A DNA stretch of 64,000 bases from contig CM041465.1 in NCBI GenBank assembly GCA_023213395.1, forward strand, positions 136,655,741 to 136,719,740, written 5' to 3'. This DNA is from Cycas panzhihuaensis. Taxonomy: Eukaryota; Plantae; Cycadophyta. The position numbers and the translations under genes are program-made. Shown here in pieces: positions 1 to 12,756 of the stretch (position 1 is the first letter of the stretch; the number at the start of each line of letters is the position of its first letter). Below the pieces are notes generated by a model, which saw nothing but the letters and a program-made list of their open reading frames with translations, was not told the DNA's origin and did not search any database.

Positions 1-785
1 ACTTAGGGATTGAAGTAACATAAAAGAATGGAAAAATTTTTCTCTCCTAAGAAAAATACATCAACAATCTTCTAACCAAGTTTTAGTTAGAAGATGCTCA
101 ACCAGTGGCTTTAACTATGGACCCTAATACTAAACTCTCAGTTGATGGTAACACTAGGGTGGCAGACGTAATACTCTACAAGAAATGTATAGGTAATCTT
201 ATCTAAACTACTAATACAAGGCTAGATATTACACATTTTGTCGGCATTCTTGCATGATTCATGACAAATCCTAAGTAGAATCACTAATAGGCTGTAGTTC
301 AAGTGTTAAAATACCTAAAGACGGCCAACAAATTTGGTCTATTATATAAACCTAATAATGAATTTAAGCTTTTTGCATACACAGACTCAGATTTTGTAGG
401 AGATAAAGATATAAGAAGATCTACACCTGGGTATGTAACATTTCTTGGAACAGTACTAATATCATGGAAATCTAGATAGCAGAAGATAGTTGTTGATTCA
501 ACTACCGAAGCTGAATACATTACTGCTTCTAAGACCAACAAGGAGGTGATATGGCTTAGAAAATTATTAGAAACATTGAATATCACCCAAACAAGTCCTA
601 TTGGCATTCGTATGGATAATCAATTAATAATCCACATGGCAAAAAATCTTGTATTTCACGATCGTATAAAACACGTAAGTACGAAAGTTAATAAAATTAG
701 AGAACTAGTTCATGATAGCATAATTCAACTGGAATACTACCCCATAATAGATCAAGTGGCTGATAGCTTTACCAAACCACTATAA
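1..785 (+). pseudogene. Ty1/copia element A, decayed RT C-terminus and RNase H (runs in from the window edge)
   Basis: Manual translation gives YTDSDFVGDKDIRRSTPGYV, STTEAEYI and, in ORF 546-785, IRMDNQ..NLVFHDRIKHV..DQVADSFTKPL, all copia RT/RNase H motifs. Many in-frame stops. Confidence 0.93.
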
Positions 786-1289
786 AAGGTAAATTTGAAT
801 AGTTCTGAAGGCATCTTGACCTTAGCACCTTCATCTTTGATTAATCAAAGAAGATGGCAACATGATCATTATACTCTATTCTATTTATGAAAACCCCTTC
901 TGGGTGCAAAAGAATAAGAGTAAGTCTCTGCTCTATCCTATTTGTGAAAATCCCATCGGAGCACAGAAGGATAAGGATTGTACTAATTTTAGAAAATCAA
1001 AATATGTGAAAACCTGAAAAGGCATAGGGGATGACTAAATGGTATATGAAGACTCAATAGATCAAGTTGTACATTTAAGTTGCTTGGATACTAGGCTACA
1101 TCAAGAGCCACCTTAGCCATTTTGATTTATAAAATGGGTTATAGATCTTGGAAAGTCCATGGGTTTTTATTTCTCATGAGAGTTTTCCTACAAAAGTGTC
1201 ATTTAAAATTTTAATATAATAATGAAGCTTAAATAAAGACCTCATAGAATGGATTTTCTCAAATAACCTTCCATTATTAATGGGGGAAT

Positions 1290-1602
1290 CGAAAGAGGTT
1301 AATATATCAAGGTCATTTATGTAGATTAATTAAGTGACCTTAGGGTATATTGTTAGCATTAGTCTCTTAGTAAAATATACTTTATGTACATTTAGTTATA
1401 ATTTTAGGTTTATGTCATTAGGTAGGAAAATCCTAACCCTAATACTCACCCTCAATAATAAAAGGCGAAATCTCAAGGAGAGAGTCATTATTCATTCTCA
1501 CCTCCAAGCTTTATTCTCATATCTTATTTTCATCTCTTTTTCATTCTCCATTTCCATTGTATGCATGTGAGTGATTTATTTCCTAGATCCATCCTTCCTT
1601 CA
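1290..1602 (+). repeat. 3' LTR of copia element A (313 bp), preceded by a PPT
   Basis: Follows AATGGGGGAA at ~1279-1288 and ends CCTTCA. The same sequence recurs at 15299-15566, where a tRNA-iMet PBS follows it. Confidence 0.88.
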
Positions 1603-2500
1603 TAATAGGAACTTAATAATACTTTTGAGATGACTAATCTTAGACTACTTCATTATTTTCTTCGTATTAAAATTTAGTAAGAACTATGTTACACTTTCTA
1701 ATCACAAGCCAAATGTATGAATGAGCTCTTATAGTGTTTCAGAATGAGTGACTATAAATATTTCTCTATACCTATAAAGACTAGAACCAAGCTAGGTTTG
1801 AATGAATAGGGACAACTATCAATTCCACTCTTTATAGAGAACTTATAGGGAGTTTAATTTATCTTACTTATACTCATACTGATATCTCATATGTAGTTAG
1901 GATTTGTTCAAGGTTTATGTCTTAACATAAGATATCATATTGGAAAGTTACAATTAGAATTCTTAAGTACATCTGTAACACCTTACAACATGGACTTGAC
2001 TACAACTAAGTTAAAACTCCTATTCTAAAAGGATTCACTAATGTAGATTGAGTCGATTACTAAGATATTCACCACTTTACTTTAAGTTATTATTTTGATC
2101 TAAACTTAGATATTATTTCTTGGAGTTGTAAGAAATAACCCAATGTTGCTTTATCCTCTACTAAAGCAAAATATAAAGCAGTTGTTCATGCAACTACCAA
2201 AGTGACCTGGGTACGTAGGATTCTTGTTGAACTTGGTCTTTAATAGACTCAAGCTACTCTTATATATTATGATAATTAAAGTATATTGAAGATGACAAAG
2301 AACCCTAATTCTATACAAGAATAAAGCACATAGAGGTCCATCATCATTTTATCCATGAACATATATTTAAGATAGAGAAATAAATGTTTTGTATAGATTA
2401 ACTAAAGACTAAGTTATAGATATCTTCACTAAAGCACTTAATAAACCAAAGTTTGAAAGGTTTTGGTATGACCTTGACATCAAGATTAATAAAGTCGTCA
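1603..2500 (+). pseudogene. Ty1/copia element B, decayed RT-RNase H (host of element A)
   Basis: Translates as FEMTNL.LLHYFL.IKI, VALSSTKAKYKA, IKHIEVHHHFIHE and KD*VIDIFTKALNKPKFERF. PPT TTAAGGGAGGA at 2501-2511. Confidence 0.88.
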
Positions 2501-2511
2501 TTAAGGGAGGA

Positions 2512-2866
2512 TGTTAAAATATAATGACTCCTTCATGTACTCTTTTATAAAGTTAGTCACCTTACTCAGATAAAGTATAGTTATAACTCAAGTTATGACT
2601 TAATATTATAATTCATAGTTGATACTCAACAACCCACTTTAAGCCTTATAACTATCCATTGAGACTTATGTACTATGAGGTCTAATCAAGTGAAAGTATG
2701 CAAGGTCTAATCTACATCCACCTATTTTAAAGTGATAAACATTGAGCACTCTATAAATTAAGGCCATGTCTACAATCATGTGATATAGGAAGGTAGTTTT
2801 TTGTGAGAGTCAAAACTCTACTAGAGTTTTGTATTAATCATCAATAAATTTGATTTATTTCTTCTT
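2512..2866 (+). repeat. Probable 3' LTR of copia element B
   Basis: TGTTAAAAT starts directly after the PPT and TATAAAT lies near 2752. The right boundary is uncertain; a PBS-like TGGATTAGAGCCA follows at ~2868. Confidence 0.5.
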
Positions 2867-3899
2867 ATGGATTAGAGCCAATTTCTACTCCTCCATTCAT
2901 ATCTTATGTTTATTTAATATATGCATGATATACTATGTGTATTGATGAGTTTATTGCATGTTAGTTAAGAGAATAAAAATCCTGATAAGGTTATTTTTCA
3001 TTAATTAGATTAATTATAACTTTATCAATCCAAGGAGTCCTATTTTAAGATTCTTTTCTTTTATTACCTTGATCTTATGCCATTGTTAAGGTGAATTTAT
3101 GTATTATTAGTTAGAACAACTAGTGGTATTAGACATAAATCTTTAATTTCCTCTTTAATCTTTTTAAAACCCCTAAAGGTTTTGAAGTTCTTGAAATTCT
3201 TAAATTTCTTGAAATCTTTGAACTTTTTTGTTCCTCTTTTTCTTCTTGATCTTCCTGAACTTCTATAGGTCCTTGAATTCTTAGAATTTCTTGAATTTGT
3301 CTACTACTCCTTTCTCAAGCATAATGTAGCAATTCCTCCTTTACACCTTGAGATCTAAGAAATTAGTATATAATCCTTTTAGATCTTTATCTAGCTTGAA
3401 GATCTTTTTGAAATAAAATTAAGTGACTCTCTCTAAATTTATAATCTTAGAGAATTTTTCTACCTAGTATGATCACTAGATATTATCCTATGTTTTTTGC
3501 ATCTCCCAAGATTGTTTAGTTATAATGACTAGGTCTATGATTGTACAATTTTAGTATGCAAGAACATGGGATAATTAATGAGTGAAAAAATCATTACTTA
3601 AAGAGGGGTAACTCCGTTAACTATCTATAGTTGTATATCAAACATATATGCATAATTTATAGTTATCAGTAATAGGTATTTTTATGTTATGATATACGCA
3701 ATTGTATAAGTAAGAAGTAAACAAGAAATAAAAAAAGGTAAAAGAAGGTATAATTAAAAAAAAAAACATAAATAAGGGATTAAACAAGAGATTATTTTTT
3801 CAAGAAAAATTCTCACCTAATTAAATACATAAACCTATTCAATCCCACTACTAGATAATGACTAAGTAAGGAAAGAATAAAGTCTATGTATTATCATTG

Positions 3900-6800
3900 A
3901 AAAATTATTCAAAATATTCCAAATAATAATGAAGTGAACTCAAAACATCTTCAATGACCATTAAGAAAGTTACATAAATGAATAAGTTAATTTCTTAACT
4001 CATGTATCTTTTGGATAACCTCTTATAAGATGTATAACATAATACTATCACAAATTAAAAGCCTATAACAAAGAACCCTAAACTATTATTATGCCCATAC
4101 CCATGGCCCATGATTCTCACATGGGTCTATTTTGCAATGATTCCAACTTAAAAGGAATTAAACAAAATATGAAAAATAAGAAGTGTTTAGAAAAGGCTTA
4201 TAAAGTCTTGTCTTCTCTATAAAGTTAGGAACGAAATGGATAAAAGAGGAAGAGTGGTGATTGTATTAGGTAGATCAAGTGATAATAACCCTTACTCCTT
4301 CAAATTTTTGCCTTTTAAAGTTGCTTGTTTGAGTTGTAACCACTTGCAATTAATAATGCATCTTTTAGTTATTTGAGTTGTTATATTAGTCCAACTCAAA
4401 TGTGGATCATTGGGCTAAAGAAGCCTTAACTAATGCCAAGGTAATCTGGAGCTTATTACATTTCATTTTGACCCATTCTAATTTTGCTAGTTCTATTTAG
4501 GTCAAACATCTTAACTCTTCTTGTATATCTAATTAGTTATATAATTATAAATCTAAATTTTAAACTTCATCATATTTTCCTCTACTTCTTTGGTAAAGTC
4601 TCTCTTGATTTCTAGGAAAACATCCATGTTTACATGACCATCTTCTCATAAAGTTGATGGTAATCCAATCTTTAATGAAGAATAAATAATTAAAAAGGAA
4701 TAGGTGTAAAGGAATAAAATATTTTATATCTCATATATAATCATTTTTTCCATATGGCATAAAGAATTTAAGATGATAAGGTAGGATTAAGAGTTGCATG
4801 TGCAACATTTTATTGCAATTACTTAAATCTTCCATGTGTAACCTCTTTAAATGTATTATAAGGTGTATCTAACTAATTCATTTTAGATTTTAATAATTCC
4901 TATTATTTATGCATCCCATAAGAGAATTTCTAAATAATAGGGGCTAAAGAAACCACATCCTTAATAAATTTATTTTATAGGCTTAGAGCCACCTTTGTAC
5001 CTTTAAAATCATGTTTTAATTGGTCATTAAGGTGTCCCACTTAGTCTAAGTCATCTTGTTAAAGAGGTTGTATTTGTAAAAGGTTCCTAAAGTATGGTCA
5101 TGGCATTAATTTTTTCTTTTAATTCCTAACTTTCTTGCTTGAATTATTGAAATTCCTATTGATTTTTTTCTAGTTCCCACTATAAAATCTTCACTTTATC
5201 CTTTTGTACTTCACTCTTTATTTTATACAAGCCCATAATTTCTAGTGGTATGTTTTCTTTTAGTGATAATTTTGGTATCTTAACAAGTTTTTACTTTCTA
5301 ATTTACATAGTCTACAAGGTTTGCTTATTATCTTCATAAACATAGAAAAGGCCTTTCTATAGAGTCTAAGCTACCTTTTATTGGAGTATTTTCCTAGGTT
5401 CTTCTTTTCTACCATAACTTCTTAATCTAAGGATGAATAGCGAGTGATAGCTTAGTTATAGCCAAGCAGTTTGTCTCTTCATCTATGAGTGTCTTGTCTC
5501 TTTAAGATAGTACCTCCTAAGCCACTAGCTCTATCCCTTTATGGGATATCACCTTTTATATTATTTAGACTTGAAGGAGTATTTCCATCATCATTTAAAA
5601 GCTCCATTTTCACTATTTTACTCTTAATTATTTCTCTAGTCATAGTGGTTGTTGGACCATCTTTAAAAGGGCCTTGATTTTCAATTACTTTAAAGCCTCT
5701 TATTATTATTTTACCCCAACTTGCATTTAAAATTCATAGGTCGAGAATGTTACATCTTAATTGAATTATATTATTTAGAATTAAGGAATTTGCCTCTTAT
5801 TCTAAGTTACTTTTGAAATAGAAGGATTTAAATGCCATGCCTTTTATTTAATCTCCTCAAAAATTGTAGTCATCTGCTTCTCTATGGATACTATGTCATC
5901 TTTAAGAGAGGGAATTTCACTCCCATTCTTATTATGTATGCTATTATCTAAAGGTGAAATATCTTCCTCTTCTTTAATATGTACATTTCTTATTTTTTAT
6001 ATCTTTTTTTAAATTAATGGCTCGTCTTATTCATAGATGTCTTCAAATAAATGATCTCCAAAGAGTAAACTAGGAAAATATTTAAAAGGATTTACATTTG
6101 CTTTATTTTTCTTATCCTTTTTAGCCAATTGCTTTGTTCTCTTTTTAGACTTGTCATCATTATGGCTTTTTATAATGACTAAATATGGTATTATTTTGCT
6201 TGATTGTGCTCCATATAAAGTACCTTACCATATAGTAACATTTATTAATTCTTTAGGCTTGAGATTTATAACTCAATAAGCTCCACCGGGTTGATGATAT
6301 ATCCTAAACATCCCTAAAGATGTTAGTTGATCTAACATGTGAACACCAAGATATCTCTCTCTTCTATGCTCAACATCATGAGAATTTATCACTCAACAGG
6401 TAATATATTTTTATTTATCTAATTATTGTATTTCCAAGCCTAGTTATAATACCACCTCTCTAATAGAGTGCCCTTCTAGTAAACATAGCTTATCCAATGG
6501 ATATTTTGATAAAAGATATACACAACCATTTATCCAAATAATATAATAATTTTCTAAAGGTAAACAACTTTGAATATTCTTCCTTTTTCATCTACTAGCC
6601 ACATTTTGACATTATTCCTAACTATTTTGGGATAATTTAGGGCTTTTCTAATAGATAAGAAAAAATTATTAATTATTACATAACTGAAAGTGCTTTTACT
6701 TGCCTTCCAAACCTTTGAAAAAACAAAATTGGATAGGCAACCCTACATCCTTTTGCATTTGATCTACCCTAAAGGCTAGACTAAGATCAATAGTCCCAAA

Positions 6801-7520
6801 AATAACAAAAATAAAATAAGAGATCATGAAGAAAATGCCACTAATTTTATCCACTATAAGATGTTAAGTAATCATATCACTAATAATTCCCTCCTATTAA
6901 AAAAGCTATCTTTTAACTAAGACCAAATAAATTAAATGTGAGATTGTTAGATCTATTTTGTCTGAATCCTACTAATTAAAGACTTTAGAAATAAGAGCTA
7001 CCTAATGTTGAATTCTCTTAGTTAATTTATTAACTACTACCACCCTTTTTGTGTTTTTCTTAGGTGTTTAAATTAACTAGCTAGAAATTCTCTCTTATAA
7101 TTTCTAGTTTTTCTTAATTGTGGCCTTCATAGCTTTCTCATTATACCTTAGGTTAGTAGAAAAAGCCTTAAAGTCATGGTGCAAATTATCTGTACCTAAG
7201 TCAAACAAGGCATCTCTTTCATTCAAATAAATTATCCTAGTTTTTCCATCATACCTTTCAACACATAGAAGGACTAAGTTATGACAATTAATTACTTTAG
7301 GAATGGAGGCTATTTGAATCAAGACAAGCCTCCATAGGTTAGTGTCTCATTGCTTCTCATACTTATAAAATTCTTCCTAGTCAAATTCTATATTAAGTTT
7401 GGTATTGGTAATGAACTTTTGTTTTTAAGAGCATTGTGTTTTACAAAATTTTAGTAACAATTTAAGTACATTAGAAGAAAACTTGGAGTTATTTGTGAGT
7501 ATTTGGAGAAATTCCTTTGA
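3900..7520 (-). pseudogene. Heavily decayed minus-strand coding relic, probably a retrotransposon accessory (extra) ORF region
   Basis: Protein-like fragments, e.g. ORF 7104-7322 (ASIPKVINCHNLVLLCVERYDGKTRII), and purine-rich minus-strand composition. No termini found and the family is not identified. Confidence 0.3.
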
Positions 7521-8625
7521 ATATATGACTTCTTCACACTTCTCACCTTGATCTTTTATATTTGTTAACTCCTCACAAAAGATGCAAAAGGTAGTGAAGT
7601 GAGTATTTTACTTCTCACCCACTAGCATGCTTTGTAATAAACATCCATAAGATCACTCACCTACTTTGTGGTTGCACTTCACGAATTTGCTTATCACTTA
7701 AGGTTTTAATACTAATTTAAAAATTTGCATGGTGGGGCCCATCTTGAATTTCCTTATTCTTTTACACTTTACATATCCTTATGTTCATAACTCAAATGCA
7801 AATTCATAGAGTGCAAAGGTATATGATGGCACCCACCTATTATGACAACTTAAGTTACTTTAAAACTTCACACTTTGTGTCTTTGGCCTTCACTTATTTT
7901 TAAAACCTCACCAATTAATATTCAAGGTGCAAATTGTAGGGCCTCTTTATTTATGGCCTCACCCTTTCATATATTAATACTTTGGAAATCAAGTGATCAC
8001 TTTGGTTTTTAGACTCCAAGTGATCTTGCAAAATGTGAGGTATAAAGCATTTCCCCTTATGGAAGTTAGTTGATTTCCTTTATCCACTAAATTTTCCTTT
8101 ATTTTTGTAAATTTACACTTTGCATTTCATAAATTCACTTATCACTTGAGACCTTCAAACTCATGCGTAGCCCAACGAACTATAAGGTGCACAAAGTAAA
8201 CCATTATTTTACATATAAACTTAGTATTTTTTTTTTTAGTGAACTCCATGATATATGTTGTATTCAATAACAAGTATTTTATAATTCATACATTTTTGTC
8301 TCATTGGAGATCTATCAATATCATTAGCTCCTTTATAAGGTATGAAATGCAAGATAATTAGTATAGGACAAAGGGCATTGTAACAACAAAGTAATCTTTG
8401 CCTTTGTTATCTTATAAAAAAGTAGAGTAATTCAAGCTTAGAATATATGTCATTTGACTCTATTCCATCTTTGAATATACAAAATATATAAATTTTTCAT
8501 AGTTTTGCTTAAAACCTTATAATTATTATAATTAAATTTATAAGTTCAAAAACTAAATTAAAACTTCAAACTTCCAAAATTTTATATACCCTCAAAAGGG
8601 TAACGAGTATTAGATTGCTAGCCTT

Positions 8626-8766
8626 TGTTGGAAATTAACCTGCACAACAATCTTCACAAACAGAATAGAATAGCTCCATAGGATCGAACGGTACCCTTAA
8701 CTCATATTAGAAGAGTAGGACCCACTTGCATGTGGGATAAATCTAATGTACATTAATATTCTAACA
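8626..8766 (-). repeat. 3' LTR of copy 1 (141 bp, 77-bp internal deletion)
   Basis: Matches 12539-12756 apart from about 2 substitutions and one deletion. Confidence 0.95.
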
Positions 8767-8789
8767 CTCCCCCTTAATGTACATTTGGG

Positions 8790-9817
8790 TTATTTGTATT
8801 TGCAATGCTTTGTCCTTGGAAATGTCTTGAGAATGATGTCTTCAACCTGCTCCTTGTCTTCAATCTTGTAGTGATGTTTTTGCTGCAGAATGATGTCTTC
8901 ATCTTGATTTGTGTCTTCAATTATGTACTGTTGCCCTTGTAGAATGATATCTTCAGCTTGATGTCGATGTTGATGTAGTTGCTCTAGTAAGTATAAATCT
9001 TGTTTCTTTATTGCAGCTGGTCTAGTCTGATGAATATCCTGTAAGTAACCATCTTCAATCACAACTTGCTTGTCATCATTATTCTGTATAAACTCTTGAT
9101 CATCATGTACATGATGACTTCTTTAATCTTTGGAGCAGAATCTTGATCAATTAGCATACTTTTTGAATTTGAATCAATGCTTAAAGAAGCAACATCATCA
9201 ATATAAGACTCATCTTTTATGGGATTATTAGCTTCAATTTCTCTTGAAATCAATTCATCACTTTCAATGTCTTCATCTGTAATCTCATCAATGCTTTCAA
9301 CAATAGAAGTTTCATCAGTGCTCAGACATTCTTCATCTTCACATGTTGTTTTTTCAATGTTGATAATACTTTCTTCACTCGTTGTACCTATACCATAACT
9401 AGTCTTAATTGCCTTTTCAATCATTCGTCGTGTTTCTTCAGGAGTTTGTTCAAATACTTCCCTTAGAAAATCCCAAGCTTCTTTAGCATTACTTGCATGT
9501 AGAATCATAGGAATAACAAAATGAAATTTGGAGGGAAGATCAATCTCATTGAATGCAGCATGAATCATAATGAATGCCATTCTATCTTTCTTTTCAAGCA
9601 TTTCTTTTTCTTCATCATCATTAGGGATATCATATTCATCAGTAACAATCTTCCACAAACCTCTAGCTATGAATAGACATCTCATTTTAATTGTCCAAAA
9701 AAAGTAGTCTCCACCATTGCATTTAGGTACTGGAAGAAGCGAATCCCTTAAGTAATATTCATTTGTCTCAGGAGCATATATAACCACATCATTATCCTCC
9801 ATGATTGTAAATGCCAT
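8790..9817 (-). pseudogene. Gag-N (DUF4219/UBN2-like), acidic linker and RNase H-tail-like repeats; ~342 aa with one frameshift near 9110
   Basis: ORFs 9059-9856 and 8790-9062 join when aligned to copy 2 (1-nt deletion). Motifs: PKCNGGDYFFWTIKMRCLFIARGLWKIV and ASNAKEAWDFLREVFE. Confidence 0.88.
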
Positions 9818-12520
9818 TTCCACATGCCACGTCCCTTTTTCAATCAATACACTCACTTATCATTGGTCACTTGCCTATTGATCACTCTCAACAAATTTCC
9901 TCATGTTTTATATCTCACATCATTGACTTTATCATCATATCATTGCCTTATCCATTTCACATATTGCCAACTAGTTACATAGAATCCAAACACTCACTTC
10001 ACCAAATCAATGCCTCATAAATCTCACGATGATCATACATGTCATATGTTGCTACCAAGACACACACTTCACTTGGTTGCCCAAAACACACAACTCATGC
10101 CATTGCACTTGCAACTTATGTAACTTCAACAAAACACCTATCCTTCTTTGCCTGTTCACATCATGAAACATGCCTAATTTCTTCCTTAACTCACCTAACA
10201 AGGTGTCCAACTTTGTCATATAACCTCACATGTTACGAGGTTTATAATTACCAAGTCATCACTTTATCAACTCTCTCATGTAAACACATACAACAAAAAT
10301 AATAGACGTCTCTTCACCTACCTCACTCTCTCATGTACAACATATGCAAGGGAGCACCATGCCAATATCAAGTATCACCACCTCGTCACAAAAAATGTAT
10401 AAATAATAATCATATCACTATAGTACATCCATTCAAAACACACCCTTTTCACAATGAAATGCATCACATATATGTCATTAAGAGATAAAGCACCATATCG
10501 TCTTACTCATCTTGCCATCAATGCTTTATTTATCTCATATGTAAATCACATGTAGAAAATCACCATGCCAATACTAAGTGTCATCACTTCGTTGTTAATC
10601 AACATGACATTGCCGCAACAAAGCTTTAAACCATCACCTATTAAACCTTGTTGTGCCATCACTTCACCATATCTCAAATTTGCCTCATTCATGTCATAAT
10701 ATCAACACACCAAACCAAGACTTTACTTCAAAAATCACTCACTCATATCATAAACATTGCCTCACTCCATTAATAACACCATCAACCATGCCTTGTTTGT
10801 GCCCTTCTTTGCCCAATAAAATTTTTATGTGAATATATGCAACGAGCATACAGTCACCTCTCAAACTCTTCAAACCAGATATTCCAAGCTTGCTCTGGAA
10901 AGGTTAAACCAACAAACAAAACTCTTTCTCCTCATATGTCATGTGTCAGACTCATGCTCCTGCCAGAAACAAACCCAAGTCTGTAGTTTACATCCCCTAC
11001 CTTATTTGCAAACCCCCACACTAAAGCCAAAGCTAGAAGTCAAACCAACCCTGCCATGTCAGCAGCTTGTCCTTATTCACCATACACAAGACTGTAATTC
11101 AAGCGAATGTGTGCCAAGTCCATGAATTGCTATTATTCACACGCTTCAAACCACACCACTGCATTGCTTGCTCTATGAATTCTCTTTGTCCCTTACTGAT
11201 AAATGAACCCAAGTCACCGTATTCGTCTGACTTGTTTTTTCTACAACAAAAATTGAATCCAAAAAAATAAAAAACTAAATCCAAGACACCTTCTTTCCCT
11301 GCCATATACGTATTTTAGACTAAACCATAGCTTAACAGCAAACCCGAGTAAATGTATTTCTGTACAACATACCATTCAACAGCCAATGCTCTATTTCAAC
11401 ATTCTTTAGTACACTTTGAATTGAGTACTCCTCTTTGAGGTGGCCTTGACAATTTATGCACCGCACATTCTGTCTCTATGGCTGCCCCTTGTTTGGTACA
11501 TTCAATTTCAATAATGCTTTGATTAATTGATGTTGTCTGGTGATACATATTTCTTAGGGGAAATTGGGATAATCCCAGGGCAGTGGAAAATATGGTGATT
11601 AAGTGCTCACGCTCCACCCTTTGAAGTTATGGAAACGGTTGTGGAGGCCGTAGATTTGGCATGGAATGTCATTGAGTGTTGCCATGGTCACAAACAATCC
11701 GAAGCTATCCACGAGCAGTATTTTAGCAGCCAGCGACTGCACCATATCAAAAGATGTTAACAACATGCAAACAAGTGGGCGACACCACAGAGATGACGCA
11801 GAGGCAATCGGTGAATAATACAGAAAATTGATGCAAGATTTCATTTGATGCAAGGATAATTATATTTCATGGCTGAACGAAATTAGGGCGATTAAGAGCG
11901 GCATGAGAGAGATCACAGACAGCGTAGATAAATCATGTAAATAATTAATAATCACACAGATTGAATGGACGGTGTAGGCTAACAGTCGAATGAATATGCA
12001 CTGGCAGCGAATATAAAATGACAACTGATCAAATATCATGGCATCACAATTAGGGCATCATGCAGGGTAAAAAATACAATATGTAGGTTGTACACATCAA
12101 TAGCATAATAAATCTGACGGGTTGTAGTGGAACCTCAAACAGCAAAAATATTAATAGCATAAGTTCATCACCAACTGTGGCATAAGCATGACTAGACTAT
12201 TTCAACTGTTGTAGTGGAGGCATTGACAAAACCATAAACTGGAGAATAACATAGGATGAAATAAGAGATAGTTGATAGCAGATATCACATGAACAAGTAT
12301 GAACATACCTTTAAAATGACCATATTATGGTTCTACAACTAGGGTTTGCATTCTCCCATAGCTTAATCGAGGGCTGATGACATCTCCAGGGCATACAAAT
12401 GGAAACGGGCATGAACAACTCTACGGAGCCACCTCCTCACACACCAGAATTAAGGTTTCACCAATTAATGCTTCATGTTACTCAAGCTCGCTTCAACCTG
12501 GCTTTGACTTCACCTCGCTT

Positions 12521-12538
12521 AACTTGGCTCTGATACCA
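12521..12538 (-). promoter_or_regulatory. Primer binding site, tRNA-iMet
   Basis: TGGTATCAGAGCCAAGTT matches 17/18 of the complement of the plant initiator tRNA-Met 3' end (sequence recalled from memory). Confidence 0.92.
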
Positions 12539-12756
12539 TGTTGGAAATTAACCTGCACAACAATCTTCACAAACAGAATAGAACAGCTCCATAGGATCGA
12601 ACGGTACCCTTAAGGTACCTCCATTGTATTAAGAAATATCATTACAACCATGTTACATATGATACACAATATTGTGTATTTATAATATAAGTCATATTAG
12701 AAGAGTAGGACCCACTTGCATGTGGGATAAATCTAATGTACATTAATATTCTAACA
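12539..12756 (-). repeat. 5' LTR of copy 1 (218 bp)
   Basis: Adjacent to the PBS; contains TATAAATA on the minus strand at ~12677-12684. Confidence 0.95.

Larger units (their letters stand above)
8626..12756 (-). mobile_element. Non-autonomous copia-type LTR retrotransposon, copy 1 (4131 bp, TR-GAG-like), young
   Basis: TG..CA LTRs at 8626-8766 and 12539-12756. Perfect TSD GCCTT (8621-8625 and 12757-12761). PBS TGGTATCAGAGC on minus at 12527-12538, PPT TTAAGGGGGAG on minus at 8767-8777. No PR, INT or RT. Confidence 0.96.

Noticed and set aside
299-607. Antisense ORFs over TE coding regions (also 32833-33162, 35661-35885, 37662-37964, 48534-48785, 54278-54523)
   Set aside because: These are shadow frames of sense-strand retroelement ORFs with no independent motifs.
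2742-2756. 15-mer TTGAGCACTCTATAA shared with 43090-43104
   Set aside because: A few 15-mer matches are expected by chance in 64 kb of AT-rich sequence, and the flanks do not align.
3170-3300. 9-bp periodic TCTTGAA(A/T)T low-complexity run
   Set aside because: Degenerate, with no boundaries or open frame; I cannot support a function.
10829-11853. Cluster of 67-98 aa ORFs in the copy 1 leader as possible small genes
   Set aside because: No recognisable domains, no counterparts in copies 2 or 3, and lengths compatible with chance. The region is kept only as possible cargo.
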